Shown here in pieces: positions 42,001 to 54,000 of a DNA stretch of 64,000 nt. This DNA is from a virus. The stretch covers positions 50,333-114,332 of IMG/VR virus record IMGVR_UViG_3300021513_000001, one strand, 5' to 3'. The stretch's first letter is position 1. Every line of letters begins with the position of its first letter. The notes beneath the pieces were generated by a model. The model worked only from the letters and a program-made list of their open reading frames with translations, ran no database searches and was not told the DNA's origin. The position numbers and the translations under genes were made by a program.

Positions 42001-45000
42001 ACTAGGAATCATAATAGAAGGTAAAAGAACTTTTGTAAAATCAATCAGAGATTCACTATTTTTTAAACTTTCTTGTACTTCAGCTGGTGATTTTTTAGTA
42101 CTTTTGACAAGCGTAAGCGCTTCTTTAGAAGTAGCCTGTTCATAAATAGCCGACACATCATTAGGTGATAATTCCTTATACTTAGAACTTTGTTGTGCTG
42201 CTGTAACTAAATCACCAATACCGGGTATAGAAGAACCCAACTCAGTAACAGCTCTTATAAATAACTTGTTACCTTCCTTTTCGCCCAAAGTTTCTTTCAG
42301 TGCAGCAAGATATTCTTTAGTACCCTTTATATCCCTATTAGAAATAAAACGTCCTATATCTGCTTTAACCTTTAAACTTGCACCCCTTACAGCAATATCT
42401 CTATTAATCTCCCCTGTTTCTTTCATAGCCTGGGATAAAGCAGTTAATCCTGTAGGCTTATTACTCTCAAGAATAGTTTTAATATCACCAAGAGTATTTG
42501 CTGTTTTTTGTTCCAATTTAGTTTGTTTTTGTGTTTCAGTTAATAAAACAGCAGTTGATAACTCACCAGTCTTTAATATGTTTTCTGAAACGGCTGCAAA
42601 TTCTTTTTTATCAAACCCTTTCTGTTTAGATAAATCTTTTATATATTTTAAATCAACTTCAGCCGTAACAATTTTTTCCCCTCTTTTAACATATTTCATA
42701 TATTCTAATTCTTTTACATTATATTCTTTAGCTTTTTTTGCATATTCAGGTATAATAAAAGCCCTCTCAGCAATAGGTAATTCGCTCATTTTTCTCATAT
42801 TAATTTTTGGAGTAGGTATCAATTCCATACCAGCTAACGGTCCAGTTAAACGCTTCATAGTTCTTGTTCTAAATTTTTGTACAAGTTCCTGTTTTTCGTA
42901 AGTCACATCAATTTGTTCCAAAGCTTTCTTAAGATTCATAATAACACGCGCATCTTGTATAGCTACATTTGAAAGACCTGTTAAACTATTAATTAATTCG
43001 CTAATATTTTTAGATGTCTCTTCAGCAACATCACCGTGTTTTTCATTAACAGCAAGCGCAGCTTTTTGTGCTTTACGAACTTCTTCTTGACGTTTAACAT
43101 ATTCATTAATAAAGCCCATAGTTTCTTTAGAAAAAACCTTATAAGCATTATTTTGAATCAATATAGGAGTTTTAATTTGATAACGGTACATACTACCTAA
43201 CTCTAATTTTCCTTCTTTTATTGGTTTATACATACCAGCTTCAGCACCAACAAAATAACGAGATATTTTTCTAAGACGAACCTCTACATCAGTTAACATA
43301 CCTACAGCATTTATTACACCAATAAATTTATCAGAAATAACTGCTGTTTTCTTAAAATTTTCTAAAGTATCTGTAACAAATTTAAGCCCTTTTTCTTGAT
43401 TTTTACTAACTTCAACAGAATACTTAACCCATTTTTCACTAGCATCGCCTACACCTTTTTCAAAAACAGAAACCATATCGCCTAAATAACCTGAACCTTT
43501 CTTAAACATAAAAACATCTTTAGCTATAGCTTCTTCTAGTACGTTACGACGCTCCTCTTCAGTACTAACACCTCTAAAAGGAATACCCTGTTCCATTGCA
43601 GCTTGTTTTGTAAGTTCTGCAGAAGCCCTTATATTAACTCCACTAAGCCTTTGAGCAAAAGACGCTTGAATATCTTCAACAGATATTCCCTTATAAAACT
43701 GTTTATTTTTTTGCTGCTCTAGTTCAGCTAATGCCCTGCCTGTTGCTCCAAATGCAGCCTTGCCTGCAAGCTCTGGAGTCATACCAGGACCAGCCATTGT
43801 AAAGAAATCTCTTTTGATTTCTAAAAACTTATCATTAAACTCTGTCATAATATTAAGATGTTCTTTTTGTAATGCTGACCATCTTTTAAATCGATCCTCT
43901 TGTCTGCTGTACTCTTCTGGATTAATCTCCTTTAAACGTGTTAATGGAGCACGTATGATCTCCCCCTTCTGTCCAGCTTCATAACGCATTTTATTAATTT
44001 TTTCTGAAGAACGAATCATTCGTTCAAACAATGTTCTTCTTTTATCAGCATACTTTTCAAGAGATTTAAAACCAGTCATCTCTCCTAAATTACCAATACC
44101 TTCTCTAAACATGTATTGAAGTTTTTTCCAAAAACCTTTTATTTTTACAGCTTTCATCAAATCATCTAATTCTTCTTTTTCAATATGTAATTTTAAATTA
44201 ATCCTAGCATTGGCAGCAATCTCCTCAAGTTTAGCTATAACAGAATCTAACTTATCAGTCGATGAAACAATAGATTTACCAAATTTATCAAACCCAATAA
44301 AACCTTCAGAAGTTAAAGAAACAACAGCAGTAGCATATTCTCTAATGCTTTCTATCTGCTCTTTCTTCATTAATAATGGACTCTTGTACGATCTCCCTTT
44401 TACCTGACTAGCAATCTGTTCTTCAGTTAATTCTTCTAAAGCTTTTATTCTTCCACCTCTAATTTCTACTCTTGAACGTATCATCTTAACATTAGATATA
44501 GATTTTATTTTTTCCTCAACAACATCCAAAGCCTTTTTATAATCTTTAGTTCTATCCTCAGCAGAAGCAAAAGTTTTAGTCACAGCTTTATTAAACAAAT
44601 ACATTCCAACACCAAGTGACGCTATAACACTAATAAAAGTACCCAATGCCCCTAAAGAAGTCACTAACCCTAAAACAGAAAGAGATGCTTTACCTGTAGC
44701 TTTTACAAGAGAACTCATAGACTTTACAGATTTCTCTATCATAGCACCAGAAAATGCAAAGGAAGCACCAGAAACTAAACCCCTTCCAATACCAGACACT
44801 CTTGTTCCAACTTTTGGTAATAATGCCTTTGGAGACATCTGCCTAACCTTTTCAAAAACCTCTCTTCCTTTTTCTTGCTTCCCTCCAAATAGCGCCCCAA
44901 CAAGTTCTCTTGGTGTTCTTCGTTTTCTTTTAGCACCACCAATACTAGGCCCCAACAATCCAAACATTGACAAATCAAAATATTTACCAAGAGCAGTTGC

Positions 45001-48000
45001 ACCTAAATAAGCACTCGTACCAATAGTTGCTAAAGCACCACCATGTATGCCAGCAATTGCTTCAGTTACCGCTTTCAAAGAATCTGTAAGAGCTTTTAAC
45101 CCAGTTAAAATAGGCCCGCTAGCAGAAATAGCCAAAGCATTAAAAGAAGCCTTTAATTGAGCCGATTTCTTAGCTAAAGTCTCCATAACTAATTTATTTT
45201 CTTTTTCTGCCGACCCAACCGAATTAATACTAACAGCGCTAGCAGCCAAAGCTCTGTCATAATGCTCCATTAAAACCATAAGAGCATTATAATGTCGTAT
45301 ACCACCCATAGCTTGTGCTGTTGCTAATTTTTGAGCTCTAGTTAAACCAACCCATTTTTTAGCTAAATCATCTAAAACATCAGAACCTCTCCTAAGTCTT
45401 CCACCCTCAATAGTCTTAACACCAATAGCTGTTAATGCTTTTGGTGCTTTCTGTGTACCCATTCTTGAAAAAATAAATTTAAGAGATGTACCCACCTCCT
45501 TACCCGTTTGTCTTGTAGCTTCTCCAATTGCAGTAATAATACCATTAAGCTTATGAACACCTATACCCATTACCTTAGCAGCAGTACCAGCTTTTTTAAA
45601 ACCATCAGCTAAATCCTTTGCTGTTATAGCAAATTTATTTTCAACTTCATTCCAAGAATCAAGAATAGAAATAGACTTTTCACCTTCTATATTAAACTGT
45701 CTTGTAGCAGATGTTAATGCCTCAGCAGCCTCAGCCGGTTTCATTGTTGTAACATTTGCAGCAAGTGTAGAAACACGCGCCATCTCTTTTACTTGCTCTT
45801 GCGGAAGACCTTGCTGAGCAAATATACGCATAGTTTCAAACACACCTATTAACTCAGCACCATAGTCTTTAGCAAAACGAACAGCAGAATTTCGCATATT
45901 ATCAAAGTTAGTTGTAATAGGTGACATCACCTTCTTTAAATTGACCAAACCCGTTTCTGCTTGTTTCATTACTTCTATCATTTGTCTTGCGCCGCCTATA
46001 ATACCATATACCACTCCCGATGCAGCACCCCACAATGAAACCCTTCTAAGAACAGACCCTATTTGCCCCCCTCCTACTTCCTCCCTTTCAGATACCTTAG
46101 TTACTGGCCCAGCAAGACCAAAATACTTACCTCTAGCAGTAAGTCTTTTAGTTATAGCAACCTCTTCACCAGACTCTGTAAGAAGTTTACCTTTTATAAG
46201 CATAGACTTACCAATCTGATTAGCTCTTTTTAACTCCTCTTTTCCTTCTTCTATTCTTGAACGAAATGCAGCAAGTGAAGATTCCGGCGTCTCATAACCA
46301 CCCATTGTTATACCCTTGCGCGCAGCAATTGGAGTTTTAACTACTTTTTGATACATTCCCTGCGCTGCAAGCTGCGCCTGTTTATAAGCAGCACGTTCTT
46401 CTTCTGAAAGAATTACAGCACCGTTTTGTGCTTCTTTAAGCAACGCTATAATTTCTACTAAATCATTTTCAGCATTATCAAAATTTATAGCTTCTGTGTG
46501 TTTTCCAGCTTTTACCAAACCCACATCAAACTGCTTAACCCCAAGTAACATATCAGATATACGCTTATTAACGTCACCTGTTCCCTCCATAAACTTGCTA
46601 ACTAAAGTACTAGCGCGGGTTTTTTTATTTTTTTCTAATTCTCTTGCATATTCTTTAGCTGCTTTAGATTCTTGTTCTTCTATACCTGTAACAACACCAC
46701 CTTCACCAACAGCCTTAAGTTGTACCTGCCTTCTCTGCACAACCCCAGTAGTAAGAGGAACCGTAGCTGCAACTTTCATTGTTTTTCCAACAGCTAACGA
46801 AGCATCTTCCCACATAGCAGCTTTCTCTAATTCCACCTGTTTTCTAAATGCAGCTTCAGCTGATTCGGGAGTTTCCATACCCTTCATTATTATACCAGGC
46901 AATGCTTCTGGAGCTGTTTCTGCTACAGTACGAATAGCTGTTCCAATTTTTCTTTTTAATTGTGAAAATTCTACAAATTTTTCTGAACTAATACCTGGAG
47001 TTTTTATCATTTCGTTAAGAATCATCTGCATATCAGCTAAATCTTTAAGCGCTTCATCAAAATTAACAGTACCAGCAACATCATCAAATCTTTTTATACC
47101 AAGCCATACATCTTTTATTTTTTCATTTACATTTTTTGTTGAAGATTCGAATTCTTTTATAAGTCTAACAGCACGTCTACTTATTACTTCTTCCTTTTCT
47201 ACGGTAGGTTTCTCTTCTATTCTTTCAATTCCACCTACAACTCCTGGAGCATATAACCCCTCCTTTGCTCCTCTAGCAACAAGAGTAACTGTTCTCTTTT
47301 CAACCAGACCCTCTTCAGTAGGTATTTTAAAAGCAACTTTTCTTTTAGTCCCTACAACCAAACCCTTCTCTGCTAACATCTCTTTTTCATGCTTTTGTAA
47401 AAGAGCTTCAGCAGCAGCTTCTGCAGTTTCTCTGGTTTCTAATCCAGGTAAAACAAGAGTAGGCAATGCAGCGGCGTGGGTTTCTTGAACAGCCTTTTCC
47501 ATTTTAGTTACTTGCCTTACAGCATGTTCCAAATCAGAATACTCTTCCGGACTAAACATTCCATGAATTCTAAATGCTTTTAATTCTTCTTTAATTATTG
47601 CTAAATCTGCTTTCGCTTTTTCAAAATTAAAAGCTTTTCCACTTTTTGCTAACTCAGGATTAAATCTCCTTATTTCAGCCCACATAGTTTTTAAACGCTC
47701 TTCCATCCTTCCAGCCCCCATTAAAACAGGGGCTACAGCTTTTCCAGCGGTAGCACTTTGAACTTCTATAGCTTTTAATACTCTCTCCCTTTCATGTGGT
47801 ACACGATAAAGACCTAACTGCTCTACAGCTGCCTCATCTGCATACCCCAAAACCCTCCCACTTTCAGCCCTTTTCAAAAATGGAGTAGTTTTTTTACCAT
47901 AAGAACGAAGAATTACAGCTCCAGCCTTTCCTATAGCCTTTTCTCTTCCATAAATATCTCCAGCTTCTTCTGCCTGCTGAGCTATATCCGCTTCAGCCCT

Positions 48001-51000
48001 AGCTCTTTCTAAATGGTACTGAGCCCAAACAGTTTGTTGTTTAGGAAATGAAACACCCTTCATCGATGCTTTTAAAATTTCAGGAGCAACTAATGGAGAA
48101 ATCTCTTTAGCTCTCACAGCTTCAAGAACATTTAATGTTGGTTCTGGTAACCCTTCCTGAGTAAAACCAGTTCTCTTTTCAGCAGCAGCAATTAAATTCA
48201 TTAAAGCTTCTAATTTTGATTTATATTTAGGTTTTCCTCCCCCTGGTGGCACACCACCTGGAGGTATATTCCCTGGAGGTGCGCCCCCTGGCGGTACACC
48301 TGCTGGCGGTACACCTCCTAATGAAATACCAACTCTAGCAGCAAAATCAGCCAAACCTTCTTTTTCTAAAACTTTATAAGCTTTAACAGCCTTTTTCGCC
48401 TCAACCCCAAGTTCTGTTCCACCAGGTACAGCAGTCATCACAGACATGTTTTGTTTAATAAAAGTTAGAGCCTCTTGAATTTTTGCAATCTGTATATTTG
48501 TTAAACTTTTTGCCCCACCTAAAAGAAAATTTAAAGCTTCATTATACTCTTTTAACATATTAACTGCTTTTACAGCAGAAAGATCACCAAAAGCAGCATA
48601 ATCTATACCCTTAACACCGCCCTCTAATATTTCTCTTGCTCTATCTATTTTTGTTTCAGCTTTCTTTCCTGCGGTTAGTACTTCTATTTTCCCACGTTCT
48701 CTAACTAAAGCTTCCCGCTTCAATACAGTCTTTTCTGGTATATCTGGAACATCCTCTTCAGAAACATAACCATAACCTAATGGAAGCATTAACGGTCCTC
48801 TCGGAGGAATTTTCTTAGGCTTTTCTTTAACAAACAAACGAGCCTGCTCATACTTTGTCTTTACATCTGTTAATGGTTTCTCAGCAACTTTTAATGGCGG
48901 TGGCGCTGTCCCTATACTATATCCAGGAAACATAAATTGCTGTACATATTCTTCAGCTCTTTTTTTAGCCCTTCCTTTCTTTTTCTTAGTAAAAGCAGCA
49001 TATTCTTCTTCTTCAGCAACCTGTTTTTTATATTGTTCACCAACAATCGGAGAAATAGAAAACATCAAATCTTTTTTATACTCTGCCGACTTTACATATT
49101 GTTCAATCGCTTTTTTCCTATGTTGAAACAGGTATTCTTGTTGAAATTTTTCTATTTCTTCTTCTTTTGCTTTCGGGCGTTCTTTCTTAAATTTAGCAGC
49201 ACCCTCAGCCATAATCATTTCTTTTTCTTTCGTAGTAAGCCTTGGAACACCAAGCTTTTCTTCAAGAACGGCAACACCTCTACGTTTTTGTTTTGCAGTA
49301 GTCAAAGATTTAAATATTTTACCTAAATTAACACCAAATTTTTCCATTCTATTAAACATCGCAAACATATCCTTAAAAGCATCTTGCATCATAACATCTG
49401 ATACAGACACACCACTACCTGTTTGCTTGATAATTTCTAAAACTCTTATTATAGCTTTATCTAGGGTTGTTTTTCCTTTTTCTACTTGTTTGGCAAATTT
49501 TTCAACAGAGGCTGTAGAAGTTCTCAAAGAATAAAGAGGCTGCATTTGTGAAAAATATCTACCTAAATCTAATTCACCACTAGCAATTTGTTCCTCTATC
49601 ATAGCTTTTTGTTTTGGTGTCTTTGCAGTTTTTAAAACTTGATTTTGAATATCTTTAGCAGTAGCACTAAGAAAACCTTTAAAACTAAACTGATCAGCAT
49701 ACGCTTCTGTTATATCCTTACGTACCATCAATAGTTCTTTATCAGTTTTTCCCTTTGCTGTTTCAGGACTCATTCTCCGCACTTCTGATAAAAAATCTTC
49801 AGAATTTAAAGCATCTAACCTGTCTTTAATTGTAGTTTTTATTATTTCATTTGCTTTTAATATTCCCTTAAATCTTTCCGGTTCTTTCTGCATAGTAGCA
49901 AACAAAGTACCAGAAGCCATACCCTGCGTTACTTCCTGAAATATTGCCTTTCCACCGTGTTTTGCTGACATAGAGGCATTAATAACCTGTTCTAACAAAG
50001 CATTCATCATTGTTTGCATTTCACGAGCAGGTACAGCTTTTTGAACTAATTCGCCACCCTTTCCATACACAGCACCAAGAGCAACACTCTCAGGCTTCCA
50101 AGCAGCATACTCAGATTTAGTTACTTGTCTATCACCAAAACCTATGGAAGTTTCAATAATTCTCGCTAACCTGCTTATTGCTTCTGTTGATTCACCAAGG
50201 CCTGTTTTTACATACAGATTTTCATATTGCTTTGCACGAACTTTTTCATACAACATTTTTCTTGAAAAAGTCTCTATACCCTCTGCATCAACAATACCTT
50301 TTTTTTCAGCAATCTTAGATAAATGCCCTACAGTAATACCAAGATTCTTCAACCCCTCTAAAACATCAGGAGTAGTTAAATGTTTCATTTCTTCGGTTAT
50401 ATCGGGAGTTTTAAATATCTTAGCTCCAGGAATACCAGCCCTAGAAGTATACAAATCTGCAAGTTCTGCCATAGATCCTGTCAAACCAACTTCTTTATAA
50501 TTCATCATCTGATTAATAAAAGCTCTAGGATCTAAAGTACCAACTTTACCATATACACCTTTACGTGCAGCTTGATATTGAGCTTCTATTTCTTTTCTTG
50601 CTTTTTTTGTTTTAGCAGCATGAACATTAATTTCATCACCATCTAAATCTGCATTTTGAGCATAACCAGCAAACTTTACAGTAAGAAGATCTATAGCTTT
50701 AGACAACTCCATTATATTTTTAGTTAACTCGGCTCTTTGAGCATCTAATTCTTTTGCTTTTGCTGTACCCTTTTCTGCTATCGGTAATTCTGATCTTTCT
50801 TTTCTCAAAGATGCTTGTCTTAATTCAAGTTTTTCTTTGATTCTCTTCATCTCTTCAATATCAACACCAGGTGCTACACCACCAGGAATTGCAATAACAT
50901 CCCGCGCTCTTGGATGAACTAATTCCTTAGCAATACCAAATTGATGACTAGCAATACCAGTCATAGGAAATCTAGTAGTCATAACTGGAACATTTTGACC

Positions 51001-54000
51001 TTCTCTAACAGCATCTAAAAGAGTTTTCCCGGCCTTCCCATAATCACCAGTCAACTTTTCCATCTTTGCAGCAGGAATTCCTACCTCGCCCTCTCTTAAA
51101 ACAACAGCCCCGGCTTTTTTTTCTGCTTCTACTGCTTTCTCATGTTTTTCTGTTTGAGTTATAATCGAATTTACAAGAGTATTACCCAAAGATTTTGCCT
51201 TGTTTGGATCTCCTAAAACACCTTTTTCACTCAACCTATTTATTATTTCTGCTGCTTCTTTAAAATCTTCTACTTTACTGTTTATAGCTGCACTTAAAGT
51301 ACCACGTACAGCAGGCATAACTCTAGTTTGAAAAGATTCAACACCCTTTCCCTTACCTATAGTAGATTCAATTAAAGCTTTCTTTAATCTTTGCTTATCT
51401 CTCTCTATAAGCCTTATTTTCTCTTCTAAAGCTTGTTCTTTAACATCGGTAGTAACACCAAACTGTTTTGCAGCAACACCAAGAGCACCCTCACTAACAG
51501 AAAGTAATCCAGGCTTTTCAACACCAGCACTATATATATCTATACCGCGTTTTAACGCATTAGTAATCCACTCTCTAGCTTTCGGAGTCTCTTCCTCAAA
51601 ACCTTTCTCACCTATATCTGGTTTTTCTCTAGAACGTTTTTTATAATAAAAATAGGACTCAAGCTCAGTAAAAGGTTTGCCAGCCTTCATTCGTTCTAAA
51701 TCTCTTTCAAAACTTTCTATTTGTCCAACATCAATTTTAGGCTCCAACATATTATCTTTTACATTCATTAATAACCCAACAATACTTCTAGCTTCTTTCT
51801 TACCTAAACCTTTTCCAGCTTTAGATGCTTTTTCTAACAGAGATATTCCAGATCCAATCTTATTTAAAAGACTTCTAACAGGTGTCTTCATTGCTCCCAA
51901 ACCAACATCTCCAACAGCAGAAGCCTCTTTCAATATAATTTTTATTTTTTCAAAATAAGCTATCAGATTTTTTAAATCTTCATCCGAAACAGCAGAAGGT
52001 TGCTTAAAAGCTTTTGATACAACATTACGAAATACTGAAGAAGTCTCACCTATTTGGTCTTTAACATTTCTCCTTAAAACATCTACATTTGCTTTCTCGC
52101 CCTTTAAATATTTCGTCTTTTTTATCTTTTCATAATCTTCCACATTACTCAACAGACTATTATATAACACTGCTAACTTATTAGCACTAACTGCACCACC
52201 TTCTTCAGCATAAGCACCAAGACTTTTTCTAGACGGAATATATAATGGCCTTCTTCCTATTTCTTTTCCTTCTTCAAATTCTGGAACTTTAACAAAGCCA
52301 CCAGCTCCAAATTTCTCAATATCTAAAACAGTATCACGCAAATCTTTATATTTTGATATTACACCTGGTAATTCTCTAATACCTTTTGTAGATATGTATG
52401 GGGCTTTAGTCTTTACTGGTTCTTCTTCAAGAGTTTTCAAAGCAAATATGTTCTCTAAAGCAGCACCAGTATCCGGTTTATAACCGCCAAGTGTTTCTTG
52501 GACTACAGCAGATCCCTCACCAAATGTTGACATAAGAGCAGCCATAGCCGCTACGTTCAATTTTTGCCCTTTAATTCTTCTTTCTATTTGTTTTTGTGAC
52601 CACTCTTCATACCTAGAAGGCTCACGAGTATATCTCCAAAACTTCTGTCCTGCAATAACACCACCAGCACCTTTACCAGAATACATTGGTAAAGTTCTCT
52701 CTTCTATAGCAAATTTTTCTTCCGGCCCCCAACCATAACCCATGGCTTGTAAATATTTAGAAACCTCACCAGTTGAAGTAAGTTGTTCAGGTGTTAGTTT
52801 CGGAGCTATAGCACCTTTAACATTGCCTGCAATATTATTAATAACAACCTCCAAAGGTTCAGCTAAATTTAAACGTTTAGTTGCACCAGTAAGACTCATT
52901 CTTACTTCCGTCGCTATTTTTTCAGTCAGTGCTCCAGCACCAAGAATCTGCTTAGCTTTTTTTCTTCCCTTCTCTATAGACTCAGGAGTAGCAACTCTAA
53001 TATCAATATCTAAAATTTTCGAAACAGCATTTCTTATTTTTTCACATTTACTTTGAACCTCTTTTGATAAATCTTTATGCATAAATTCAACAAAAGGCAT
53101 TGTTCCAAGCTCATCCAAATCTGTAATAAGTTTATCTATCTCTTTATCTGTCTGTCTACTTACCCCTTTCTTTGTTTCAAGCATTTTTTGAATAAGTTTA
53201 TGATATGACGTAGCTTGCTCCACATAACCAAGCTCTCCTTCTTCTCCCTTCCCAAACTTCACTACACCCTTTGAACCATAGTGTGTCGTCATTTTGGTCC
53301 CTAAAGCAGTAAATAAGCGCTCAACAATTTTAACAGCAACTGCCTCTAAACTTTCCCCACCAGCACTGGTTAAAACTTTTGATATTTCACTAACCATCTC
53401 CCTTCCAGTCTCGCCTTCACCAACACCACCAATTCCAAAAGTTTTTCCAATATCTGGAGCATATTTTGATACTATATCTTTAGCTACAAGCTCTGCCCCC
53501 TCTACCCCACTTACATCTTTTATCATAGGTTTTATATATTTTGCAAACCTATTAACTGCTTTACCAGCTATTTCTATTTGATCTTCAAAAGTACCAGCAG
53601 AATCTTTTATAACTGTCTGCAAATTAAGACCATAGCCCCCTTCTCCCCACAAACCCTCTTTTTCTGCAGCACGCCCACGAATACTTTGCAAAAGAGGAGT
53701 TTCTAACTCACCAATCACCTTACCACCAAGAGCTTTACCTCCCCCTAATGCATGATATGTTGGTGCTAAAGTACGTGCAAAATTACTCCACTCGCCTAAA
53801 GGTATATACTCCCTAATATTACCAGCAAAAACATTCATTCTCATTCTAAAAGGATCTGTAACATCAGAAGCCAACTTAACTGATCTGCTTTCACCAACGC
53901 CTTGAGAACTTAAACGAAATTGTTTTCCAGATAACGCTAAATATTTTTCAATTTCCCTATTATGAGCAACCAACTGCTTGCGTTGTAGCTCTCCAGCTAC

